This document shows positions 1 to 11,662 of a DNA stretch of 64,000 nt, piece by piece (position 1 is the first letter of the stretch; each line of letters starts with the position of its first letter). The notes beneath the pieces were generated by a model. It did no database searches. It saw nothing but the letters and a program-made list of their open reading frames with translations, and was not told where the DNA came from. The position numbers and the translations under genes are program-made. This stretch comes from Schmidtea polychroa. Taxonomy: Eukaryota. The stretch lies in assembly GCA_044892525.1 (NCBI GenBank), contig CM097886.1:129518001-129582000 (forward strand), given 5' to 3'.

Positions 1-66
1 TCGCGACCCCAATATTTCGCTAGGCGACCCCAAATGGGGTCGCGACCCATAGTTTAAGAAGCCCTG
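1..66. mobile_element. Terminal part of a hAT-type MITE (same family as 29947-30143), cut by the window edge
   Basis: Reverse complement of the end reads CAGGGCTTCTTAAACTATGGGTCGCGA, matching CAGTGTTTCTCAAACTATGGGTCGCGA at 29947. Confidence 0.7.
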
Positions 67-480
67 TTATATATCAATATACTTGAAATTACATTCTCTA
101 TTTAATGAGACTATGACGTAATCAAATTTGTGAAATTTCACATTTTAGTTCACTATTTTTGAATTTACACATCTTTTTAAATAACTTGAGATATTTTTAC
201 TCAAAGAATATATAGATAGCATTTAAATCTCTACAAATTGACATTATTATTTATTTCAAATTCACACTCAAAACACCTTAAACAATGGTTTATTTGGACA
301 ACTTTTACATATTACAATAAACCCAATAACATGCGTATACATATATTAAAACACACACATATTAACATTATTTCATACACACACAAATTAATATTATTCA
401 ATACATACAAGTCATAGGTTAAGCTCATATCAATCAATCAAAATCAAGCATTGATATTACATCTTTATTGCATATGAGTA
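67..480. repeat. Dispersed repeat; inverted copy at ~22690-23140
   Basis: Blocks such as CTATTTAATGAGACTATGAC and AATATTATTCAATACATACAAGTCATAGGTTAAG recur as near-identical reverse complements in 22690-23140. Confidence 0.7.
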
Positions 481-1062
481 ATATCAAAACCGTAAAACTC
501 ATTACATCATTAAATAAAAAATTCTTTTATAGTATTTTAAACTATATTCAATCACTAATTATTGCAAAATAATAAATTATTTCAGTTATTTGGTTATATT
601 AGATTTTTATTTTTAGGGAGAGTGTATAGAGTTGTTTTTATTTGATTTTTTATGGACAATGCAACATGTGCGTCAAAGGTCTTATCTAGTATAAATGCGT
701 TTAGACAATGGGGACAACATTTAACTATTATTTGTATTACAATCTATATTAGAATGAAAGTTAATTAATTTATTGAAATTAAAAACTGCCGTATAATGAT
801 AATTTTCACCGTCCTGCAAAACTAAAAGATATATATAGAGTTACCATTAGTAACCTTGGACAGGTTAATTATATATAAGTGCGGATGATNNNNNNNNNNN
901 NNNNNNNNNNNNNNNNNNNNNNNNNNNNNNNNNNNNNNNNNNNNNNNNNNNNNNNNNNNNNNNNNNNNNNNNNNNNNNNNNNNNNNNNNNNNNNNNNNNN
1001 NNNNNNNNNNNNNNNNNNNNNNNNNNNNNNNNNNNNNNNNNNNNNNNNNNNNNNNNNNNNNN

Positions 1063-1700
1063 GTGATACCCAGTGCATATCCCAATAGTAGACTAGTTTC
1101 GAGCTTTTGGCTCTCATCAGTACTATGCGGGAGACACGAAGATTTCTCTTCGCGCCAGGTAAGTATACAATATTGTTGATTCAACTCTATTGCATACTTT
1201 CCCCGGTACACTGGAAATCACATCGCTTGCAAAATAGCTTGGTCACAGAAAAAATCTGTAAACTTGTAAACATGGCGTATGAAAAATCATAATCACCTCT
1301 GCGGACTAAAAAATTAGTCGATACACAGAAACTGTTTACAAGTGCATCCGATTACCTTTAGCATTTTTAACTTATAAAGTAATGGTGTAAAATATTTTTG
1401 TCGGATGTCTCACTTGAATAAAATATTTTCCAAGTGCCTCTCGACTTATCGAAAAAATTCTCACGGATATTTGTAGTACAGAAATGGTCGTTGTGCTTCA
1501 GTCATCATTTTCGACTCTAAAATCATTTTCTCTATGGAGATTCAACCTGTCTTTTCTTCATTCTAACTATGCAAAATATTTTCCTTTTCGTCCTCGGCGA
1601 ATCGTCATATGCTATCCACTCAATTTATTTGATTTCAATCCATCCAGCACCATCCTCCATCTAGCAATTCTGGATCTCCATTTCCCAATAATTAACAATA
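1063..1700 (-). pseudogene. Possible highly decayed LTR-retrotransposon RNaseH/integrase remnant
   Basis: Minus-strand peptides SRIARWRMVLD (RNaseH C-terminal RIARW motif) and AKSSKLVYYWDM (integrase Zn-binding YYW.M motif), broken by stops and shifts. Confidence 0.3.
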
Positions 1701-2019
1701 CATCCTACTCGTATCGACCGATGTGAATATAAGAGAAAACGTTACATTAAAATTTAATGATTAAAATTTTATTTAATTATATTTGCTAACATAATAACAA
1801 AATATAAAAAATACAATTAACTAAAATTACATGTTTCTTGTTGTAGTGATGATCGAAGTTGAATAAAAAACAAGTTAATGCAGTGGCTATATCTATATCG
1901 AAAAAGTTAGCATTTGGGGAATCAGTTAAGTCGTTCCTATATATATTAATTCTCGTCCAATCAGGATCCAGTTGTTGTGCAAAATTGTTATTTTTTCTAT
2001 TTTTATTATTTTTAATACC

Positions 2020-3096
2020 ATAACATGTCATAAGAAACGAGAAAGGAAGAATAGCCAATCGATGCACTGAAAAAATGAAAACCTTAAAGAACAATCAAAT
2101 TTCAATAAAATCCTTCACAGAAACAGATACCAAGATGAGGACATTGAAAGAATGAATTCTACCCAAGAAGGATCTAGGGAATTAACACAAAAGAAGAAGA
2201 AATATTTCTATTTGAATATCCCATGGTGAGCTTCCGGCCCGGGCGCTTTTTTGTGGTTAGTTAAATAAAAACTAACCCTTGATTATTTATTATTTTATAA
2301 TATATTTAAAATAAAATAAAATATATTTAAAATAAGAAAATTAACAAGTTTATAAAATAGATTTGTATTTTAAAAGCAAAAAATAATAATGCTTTTAATC
2401 ATATAAAGCTTCCAATATCCTAATAAATGATCTCTCACCATATTTTCTTTTAAACATAAATTCATAAAATAAATCGGTAATGTTGCAATCAGTTGTGGTG
2501 CTCCGAGCCCTAAATTTCTTTTTAAAATAGCTCCAGGTTCCTTCAATCATTTAGTTAGTTTTTTTTTAACTAACTACAAAAAAGCGCCCGGGCCGGAAGC
2601 TCACCTATCCCATGCATCAGTGACATACTCGACTTCAAGATCCTGAAAGAACTTAAACGTACCGGTTTTCCAATTCGTATAGCACATAAATCTTGGACAT
2701 TGAGAAGGCCTCTGGCAGGCAACATAAATAGAAAAAAACAATTGCACAATGAAAAACTGCCAGACACCGAAAGATATGTGCTTTAGAAAAAACATCGTCT
2801 ATTGCATCAGGTGCAATGTATCCAAGGAAATATACATCGGAAGTACACTCAGGACCTTGCACCAAAGAGTTAAAGAACATCTAAATCCTGGTGAAACATC
2901 CTCGATAAACAGACATCTCCAACAATGTCAACCGACAGGGGAAAGAAAAAATTTTTCAATCGAAATCATAGTTAATGGAAACATCCAAAAGAAAAATGTC
3001 AGATTCATAGAAGCAATTCTCATCATAAACAGACAGCCAAAAATCAACACTAAAGAAGAAATCGATGAAATCATGAATTTGTTCTGTTGTCATTGA
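2020..3096 (+). mobile_element. Penelope-like retroelement 3' fragment (post-RT region plus GIY-YIG endonuclease), interrupted by a MITE
   Basis: ORF 2749-3096 has IVYCIRC..YIGSTLRTLHQRVKEH..IEAILI..QPKIN, the PLE-type GIY-YIG. Removing the MITE restores upstream ..KYFYLNIPCISDILDFKILKELKRTGF.. with frameshifts. Confidence 0.8.
2225..2605. mobile_element. 381-bp MITE with ~39-bp TIRs and 8-bp TSD (Merlin- or hAT-like)
   Basis: TIR GGTGAGCTTCCGGCCCGGGCGCTTTTTTGT(G/A)GTTAGTTA at both ends; TSD TATCCCAT at 2217-2224 and 2606-2613. Superfamily inferred from 5'-GG ends and the 8-bp TSD. Confidence 0.9.
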
Positions 3097-4691
3097 CCTT
3101 GAGAATAATTGACAATATATAAAAAATATAATATATTAAAAAGTAATAATTAAAATAATATAGAAAATTTTAGGAAATATAGGATTTAAAAATCGAAATT
3201 GACACATTTATTGAAATATTTAAATAGCGTATATAAATAGTTTGTATCATTTTGGAATTTTAAATGGTATTTATTTTATTTTATTTTTAATTTTAATTTT
3301 CAATAAAAGTTTTGAAATTTTTAATATAAAAAAATTCATAAAAAGAAAGTATATATTTTAGCAAATAAGAATTAAGAAAAAGGAAATAAAAGAAAGAAAG
3401 AAATGTATTTTCGCGAGAAGATTGCTAAATTTCAGGAGATTGACAAGGATTATCTTATAGTCGAAAAATTTTTCATTAAATACATTATTTGCAGTAAAAG
3501 GCTTAAATTATCACTTTATTGTTTTAAAATTTAAATAATAAATGCTGCTNNNNNNNNNNNNNNNNNNNNNNNNNNNNNNNNNNNNNNNNNNNNNNNNNNN
3601 NNNNNNNNNNNNNNNNNNNNNNNNNNNNNNNNNNNNNNNNNNNNNNNNNNNNNNNNNNNNNNNNNNNNNNNNNNNNNNNNNNNNNNNNNNNNNNNNNNNG
3701 CGATCTTAATTTGATAACGATTAAATAAAACAATTTACTTAAATTTGATTAGAAAATCATCATCGTTTGAAGGTATAAAAACTCCTTACGATCTTATGTA
3801 GTTCATAATTCACAAAGACCAAGAAAAATTCAAGTTCAGAGAAACTAAAGGTGTTTTACAATTATAAAATGTATTTTTTGAAAAAATAAATCAATATGAA
3901 ATAGGTAAATCCTATCAAACTACATTAAACTCAGTTCCAATTCATATCAGGACAATCTCAATGATAGATAGTAAATATATAATGTAATTAAATTTGAATT
4001 TTGAGAACTAGAAATTCTGTAATAGAAAAAATGTGATTGGAACCGATCATGCTAAAACATTTTTCAGGTTAAATTAATGCATTCAAAAAAAATTCAAAAT
4101 TCATTCAGATTCACAAACATGCATTTAACACATTGAAAATTATTTATTATGAAATCATTAAAAAAAAATTTTGTTTACACAAATATATTATAANNNNNNN
4201 NNNNNNNNNNNNNNNNNNNNNNNNNNNNNNNNNNNNNNNNNNNNNNNNNNNNNNNNNNNNNNNNNNNNNNNNNNNNNNNNNNNNNNNNNNNNNNNNNNNN
4301 NNNNNNNNNNNNNNNNNNNNNNNNNNNNNNNNNNNNNNNNNNNNNNNNNNNNNNNNNNNNNNNNNNNNNNNNNNNNNNNNNNNNNNNNNNNNNNNNNNNN
4401 NNNNNNNNNNNNNNNNNNNNNNNNNNNNNNNNNNNNNNNNNNNNNNNNNNNNNNNNNNNNNNNNNNNNNNNNNNNNNNNNNNNNNNNNNNNNNNNNNNNN
4501 NNNNNNNNNNNNNNNNNNNNNNNGATAACATATGGAACAAGTGTGCCTCGAGTGTTGTGTAAATATACACAAGCACATTTTTATCCAATCAGATCGATAA
4601 TTAAAACAAAATATATCATATATAAGCACAAAAACACTTGCTATATATCATCGGCTCAGTTTAATTTTAAATATATTGAAAAAAATTACTC

Positions 4692-5820
4692 ATGAGAATA
4701 ATTCTGTGTTTTGGATTAATAATAGCTAGCTTCGTCATCAGTTCGGATTCGGCGAGCGAAACTGTTCCGTTGACCTGGGGCTATAAGGAAGGCCAATGGT
4801 TCAAGGGTCCCTCTAGATGGAAGGAGTTACCGAATGCGTAAGTGATTTTTCAATTCCTTGATAATATAAAAGTTTCAATTTGAATCTCGCTTTTCTAGAA
4901 ACTAATATTTTTAGCTACTATTTTTATCAGGTATTTTTCACATTTTTGTGAATTACTGATTAACTATGAAATTTTTATGGAATATTTCAAAGGTTTTTAT
5001 GATAATGTTTGAAGGTATTTTTCATGGAAATTCACTAAACATAGCAAGTCAGAGCATTATGGAAAAGAGAGTTCCGTATGAATGTTTTGTAATACTCAAT
5101 GATATTGTCCTAGGTCCTGACTGTCTATTGAATCATATGAGCTTTTGTTGATCTTCATTTCCATCTTCATTGCCATCTTTAATATAAAAATGTCGAAATC
5201 AGATATATTTCCTAGTTTACATTTTTCTCTGCAAATTCCAATTCATTGTCCTTCTTATCACAAACATTATTTTATCTTTTCCCGTTAACATTTATTCTGT
5301 ATTATCTTTCGGATGCAAATTGTAGTAATATCCTAAATTCCATTTGCATTCAATTTTTAGCGTTAGTGTCAAACATAATTAATTTTCCTAAAATATTTGT
5401 GCATTTAAAATATCTGAAATTTTTAAATTAAAAAAATTGATTATTTATAAGTAAATATTTCTTTCTCTTGCACGCATAATTGTGCACATTTCCCAGAAAG
5501 GATTGGGTGCGCACTGTCATGAAATATGTTCTGCTTGGAATTGTTAACTTTTTCATTTGAATTATTTCATGATGAGATATTTTTTTAAACACCTCATTAT
5601 AACAAAATAAATAAGTTTCAATTATTTATGCATAATTTTGAAGGATAAATTGAAAATAGTAATTATTTTTAAAATTGACCAGTAAAAATAGAATAAATAA
5701 ATCAATTGTCCAATGAAAGCATTCTATTCATCGGGGAAAGGAGCAATATCGAATGATTTATATAATTGTCTTTGAACATTTATTATTCAAATTCTTCCGA
5801 TTTACCGATTTTGTCAGTTA

Positions 5821-5899
<79 letters not shown>

Positions 5900-7164
5900 A
5901 AAAGTTAAGGGTCCCCTCCATCGGAATTTTACTTTTTATTTATTTTTTTTTTAATTTTTTTTATCATGTACTTATCGTTGTATATTACTTTGAAACTATT
6001 TATGCTATTATCTTCTATCATAGTTATGTAAACATATTAATAAACTGAATCTTACTCCTGTCCAAGAATACCCTGGATATTTACTTTAACATTAACCCCA
6101 CGTTCTAACGGGGTTGGTGAAGCGAAGCGAACAGGGGCGTAGCCCCTAGTTATTATTATTATTATTATTATCATTAGTAGTATTATTCTGATTATGATTA
6201 TTTAGAACATGTGGAGGCCAAAGGCAGTCTCCAATCGATATCACACCAAGATTCACAATTTATTGGAAGGATTTGAAGTTGCCCATCATTTCCCGAATAA
6301 ACTCCACTAATGATTTTGTAACAATTGACAAACATTTTTCAACAAGTACAAAAATTGCTGTTTTACTCATCTTACATTTTATTTATTGAAGTTTATCTTA
6401 ACTTTAATGAAAATTGGAAAATAACCTTTGGCGGATATGGTTGTTTGAAACCGGTTAAAGTCCATTGGCATTGGGGATCAAATAACTATATTGGATCTGA
6501 ACATAGGCTGCAAGGTACCCAATTTCCAATGGAAGGTCATCTAGTAAGCTATGACTGTGATCTTTATACTTCCTTCCAGGAAGCATCAGTTTCACCGAAT
6601 GGCCTCCATGTAATTGGTTTCTTTTACAGGGTAAATATGAATATAACAATTTTCTTCTATTTCATCATTGTTCAGATTGGGTTAGAAAACCCAGAGATAG
6701 AGAAGATAATTAGGGCTATCAAACCGAAAACGAAGTTAAAAGAGTTTTCTGTCAATGTCACAGAAATTCCTCCTAAAGATTTACTCCCAAGAGAACTGAT
6801 GAACTACTATAGATATGAGGGGTCATTAACTACCCCTCCGTGTACTCAAAACGTTATTTGGACGGTGTTACGATCTGTACAAGATATCAGCGAAAATCAA
6901 GTAAAAAATAATGCTTATATTACATAAAAAGTACATAAATCCTTTCAGCTGTCTGTTTTCCGACAATTACTTTTCGGATATCCCGAAATAGGAAACTTAG
7001 TGAACAATTTTCGGCCAGTTCTCCCAATCGAAAAGTCAACTGATTATATACTCCGAGTTGTCTATGCATCTTTCAATCACAGTTCGAAACTTGCAAACAA
7101 TTTCATCTTATCTGCATTTATTTTATTATTTACATCCATTTTCAATAATTATTTACAGAAATAA
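4692..7164 (+). CDS. Alpha-carbonic anhydrase CA1, secreted/GPI-type; join(4692..4837,6206..6345,6392..6630,6676..6900,6949..7164), 321 aa
   Basis: All introns are GT-AG with consistent phases. Signal peptide MRIILCFGLIIASFVISSDSA; WGY..GPSRW, CGGQRQSPIDI, HWHWG, GSEH, MEGHLV, YEGSLTTPPC, NNFRP; hydrophobic tail FILSAFILLFTSIF. Confidence 0.93.
5821..5890. repeat. (ATT)n microsatellite in CA1 intron 1; longer copy at ~34846-34926
   Basis: Directly visible trinucleotide run. Confidence 0.95.
5891..6149 (+). mobile_element. Short non-autonomous Helitron-like element in CA1 intron 1
   Basis: Starts TATATATAAAAA. Ends with hairpins AACCCC..GGGGTT and AGGGGCGTAGCCCCT followed by CTAG|T, with (ATT)n on both sides and no TSD. 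Confidence 0.55.
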
Positions 7165-8347
7165 GGTCCCAGTTGTACAGACCTACACAGTATATTGCAT
7201 AAAACCTATGTAAATGCATGTAAAGGTATAGCCCAATGCTGCTTTCTCGCTCATTTAAGAAGTCAAGTTCAGAAATATTAATAATATTTGTTTTTTAAAT
7301 TGACTTTTTATTTAGATTTTTGTATTATATTCTTAGATTTACAAATAAAAGTGATTTTTTTATAGGAAATTTTTCAAAGTTCTCCTAAAATTTAAATTCA
7401 GACCAACCCAAATAATTCACTCCTTCACAGTTTTAATTTTTAAAAAATATAAATTTAAAAATCAAAATATCTAAAAAATAATATATTAAAATAAAAAAAA
7501 TATTTCTTACCAAGACAAATAATTAAGTTTTCCACAGTTTGAATTAAAAATTAATTTTAATTTCAGAAAATTTGATTTAAAAAGACCATAATATTAGAAA
7601 TTAGAAAGAAACCGATAAAGGATAGAATTTTTTAAGAAGATAAAAATTTTTAAAAATATGAACTATGAGATTATATTTTTTCAGACAACTTTATATTTAA
7701 CTAAAAATCGCGCGAAAGTCAAAATCCGATTCTAGGACGTTTCATCCACGAACTGTTCATCTGATTATGATTCATCTCAAATTAACCAATAATCTATCTA
7801 GATAATTTTTATTTTATTTGGCTTTTTTGTTATATTTCACTCACATATATGCACTTCAGCACTGCACCTCTGCACGATTTTTGCCTCTATGTCTGCACTC
7901 TGTATCATGATCTAATTAAAGTATCTGTCAAACTCGGATCTTTACCATTGTTGACCAATGCTTTTCCACGGACTTGTTTTCATGCTTCCTTACTCAGTTC
8001 TGCATGAGCGATGCTTATTGAGTCGATTTTGGTGTAACGACTTCCATGCTTCCTTTGATTTTGAAACGATTCATTTACATTTCATTTCATCATATCGCTT
8101 GGGTGCTTGCTTGAGTGGTGGCTTTTTATTGTGGCATCGCTAATGTGTTGATGTTTCTTCGCGAAATTAACACTTGAGTTATTAATTATTAATAATAACT
8201 AACAAAGATTAGTATGGACTACTTGTGTTATTTGTAAAATCTGTTAAAGTAGTGTGGAATAAACTTTAAAACTTTAAAAGTTAGTTCGACTTTAATAATA
8301 TATTAAAAAATATTTTTAAATACCAATAATTAAAAAGAGAGCTTGAA

Positions 8348-8476
8348 GACTATAAATCAGTAATATATCGATGTTTGTTGATACTCACGAATTTTCAATT
8401 CTCAATTCACTTGAAAAAGGCAGTGCCGAAAATCCGTGAGTATCATCAAACAACGATATATTACTGATTTATAGTC
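8348..8476. repeat. ~130-bp foldback palindrome/MITE; copy at ~37297-37406 with the left arm clipped; partial copy at ~13645-13715
   Basis: GACTATAAATCAGTAATATATCGATGTTTGTTGATACTCACG..CGTGAGTATCATCAAACAACGATATATTACTGATTTATAGTC. Confidence 0.75.
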
Positions 8477-9552
8477 TCCAAAATCTTTTTAATAAATTCA
8501 ATGGAAAAAATAATCAGTGGTGAAATTGGAAGAAATAAAAATTCTTATAATAATTGTTATAATAATTCTTATAATTGTCACTGAAAAAGGTCAATTACCT
8601 CTTCATGACTTGTGACAACCATCTAGTACAGAAATATTTATTATATATTTCAAAAATGATTTTTTATTTATGTTTTTGTTTTAATGTTGATAAATATGCA
8701 AACGAAAGCCGAGTGCGGATGTTTATGTGAATGCTGAATGAATTATGTTAAAAAATGCATGTTTGAATTTATTATTTAAATTTATAGTAGATTTTTACGT
8801 TCGGAATTTCTGTCAATTTATTGTGAGATTATGTCGCTTTCGCCGATTAAAGTCAGTATAAATAAATTTCTACATTGGCATATTGTATAATTTTGCAGGA
8901 CATACTAAATAGATACAATGGACATATATATGGTACATTTTGGTATGCTGAATATGTTACTTTTTGGGAAATACGGATAATGGTGTTGGCAGCAACGAAT
9001 TTATCCCTTTGCGCTTATAACCTTTGTCAGCGATTAAAAGTTTATATTTGCACCTCATTTTTTATTTCATAAAATAAAACAATTTTAAATGGTAAAAATG
9101 TAATAATAAAAAAATCATTCTTGATAGAATAATAATCAAGTTATATTATAAATGTATATACATATTCAAATTCAATTTTGTTTTAATGCAATGGATGTTT
9201 ATTAATCCAAAGTTTATCAAATTTCGAAGTCATTGAAGAGAAACCTTTATTTAGATCTTTTCTACTATTAAGGAGACTCGATATTTAGATTTCATTGTAA
9301 CCAATGCAGAAAATTTACAACTTAAAATTTATTCACTATTATTATCTTGTGTAAAAATAAATTGTGTAAAAAAACATTTTTAAATTGCTTCGTTATATAT
9401 AAAATTAATATATAAAATATTTAAATTAAACTTTGAATTAATATTAATTAAATCGAAATCGAAATAAATATATAAAATATAAACAACAATGAATTATTTT
9501 AATAAAATAAATGAATAAAATTTTACAAAAATATTAAAAAATATATTTTTGA

Positions 9553-9945
9553 CCCTCTCACGGTTTTTGCAAAAAAATTTTAATTTTATTAGAATTTAAT
9601 TTAAAATAAATTTTATTTTTTTTTAAAATGAAAAATTATTTTCAAAATATGGGGATTAAATATTAAAATTAATTACAAATTATAGAGACTTAATTTTGTT
9701 TTTAAATATCCGAAAAATATTGTCAAATAAATTGCTAATTTTAAATTTTTTATAATATTTTTTACACAATATGTGCCAAAAAATATCACCATAAAATTCA
9801 ATATTTCTGATAAAATGTTCAACTAGATAATTTTTATTCATTATGGTACTCCTTGTATTTTTTATATTTTCCCCCCAAATTTGTGTATTTTTAAACATAT
9901 TTTTCTTATTTTCCACCCAAATTTGGGTGTAAACCCGTGAAAGGG
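9553..9945. mobile_element. piggyBac-like non-autonomous element (copy at 38498-38891)
   Basis: TT(G)A|CCCTCTCACGG ... CCGTGAAAGGG|TTAA; internal hairpin CACCCAAATTTGGGTG. Confidence 0.7.
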
Positions 9946-10880
9946 TTAAGGAATTAAAATTAAAATGTTCGAGATAAAAACTATTAGCCCCCCCCCTTTT
10001 GCAGTAATCCATGCCTTCCGGTAATAAAATTGCTAAGTTATGTGATTCACTCTTCATCGTAATTATTCAGATAGGGTTAATAATGCGTTTTTCTCTGCAA
10101 TAATTATTTATAATGAGAAAAAAGAAATTTAATTAAATCACAATAACAAAATAGAAAACTAATGAATTATTTTTATAAAGAAAATAAAAAATATAGATTA
10201 TTAAAAAATATTTATAAAACTCACCGTAATCTTTTCCATATTTTTTCCCTATATTCTACGTTTATTACTAGAAATCTTTGAATAGCTGATATAACGTTTC
10301 AAATCTGACAATGAAAGTGGGTGAGTGTAAGAAGTTGTGAGTCCCTCTTTTGAGTCTCTTTTTGAGTCTCCTTTGAGTCTCCCTCTTTTGAGTCCCCCAT
10401 TTTATATTGAAACCGATACTATCGAATTATTGTTTGATAAAATTAATAACAGGCCTGGATGTCACACTCAATAAACACTACACAAATGCCCGCGACTTTA
10501 CACAAATATATCTGCCTCTAGGCACAAAATTGTGGATGTTACGGTCGAACGATATAGTATGATTCATTTCGTATATTTATATATTTATATATAAATTCTT
10601 TTTTTCAAGTATATTAAAAGTAAAAAAAATATTTACTTCAACTCTACTAAGCCCCACCACCCAAAAGTAATATGTAGGTGAATACAATATAGCTGTGATA
10701 CACTTTGGTGTGAGTATTTTGATTTAAACACGCGTTTCATGTTGAAAATAATTTCCTATACCTCAGGCACATTATGAAACCTGAAAAATAATTATAAATT
10801 TTACACCAAGATATAATATTTTATTAATATTTACGCTGCACAACATAATTTGAGATTCTAGTAGGTGTCTGATTATGGTA

Positions 10881-11662
10881 CACCAAACGCCACTGAGAAT
10901 CGTTTCCTATAATATAAAAAAAATCAATAATCTTACATTATAGAAATATGTTCTCATTTAGAGTGCAGTCAGATACATCTTATACTATAGAAATCTGAAA
11001 AGTGGAAGAAAAATTAAAAACTGCACACAAACAAACTTTTGATTCATCAAAATGCACGGCTGAGACACGCTGAAAATTTTTTTAAATAAATTTTTAATGA
11101 AATTTTCAAGAGTAGATGAATTTGGTTCAATGTCTTTTAATCTAGATTTACTTTCCTGTAAGAAGCCCCTTACATTGAGCTCAGAAAAATAATTTTTTAA
11201 ATTATTTTATTCATACTCGGCGAATTTTCCCAAAATGTTTTAAAAAAATACATATTTTTGGTAATTGATTTATTTATTTAATTATAAATAAAAACATGTC
11301 TGAATCACATTTTTTCGAAATAATTTCAAAATACTTAAAAATAAATGTCATAGAATTCCTAAAAAAAAGCCCTGAAAATTAATTAAAAATGATTTATAAT
11401 TATACTGTTGATTAAAAGTAATATTTAAGAACTTGAATGATGATCTTATATCTATATGTATCAAAATTCAAGGCTTAAAATTTAATTTAAATTTAATATC
11501 TTACCTGAAAGCCATTTGTAAAATGGCTAAAATAAATTACCAAATTAAATTTCAAATTCATGATGAATGAATGAATGTGATGATGAGTAAGTTAATCGGT
11601 GAGAGAAATTTCTCTACACGCCAACCACCACTATAGAGAACGTATCTCAATGGTGTTTGGTG
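10881..11662. mobile_element. TA-flanked MITE (Tc1/mariner-like) with ~24-bp TIRs
   Basis: TA|CACCAAACGCCACTGAGAATCGTT ... AACGTATCTCAATGGTGTTTGGTG|TA. An internal segment recurs inverted at ~19380-19520. Confidence 0.65.

Noticed and set aside
5766-5954. Poly-Tyr ORF, and the poly-Leu ORF at 59783-60004
   Set aside because: These are translations of (ATT)n/(TTA)n microsatellites.
5966-6031. Hydrophobic mini-ORF MYLSLYITLKLFMLLSSIIVM as CA1 exon 1
   Set aside because: The real first exon is 4692-4837, which carries the signal peptide, WGY/GP..W and a GTAAGT donor in the correct phase. This stretch lies inside the Helitron-like insert.
6325-6927. 200-aa ORFs at 6325-6927 and 35385-35987 as complete single-exon genes
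   Set aside because: They begin before and read through an intron, and they run through an in-frame 45-bp intron; spliced models give full-length CAs.
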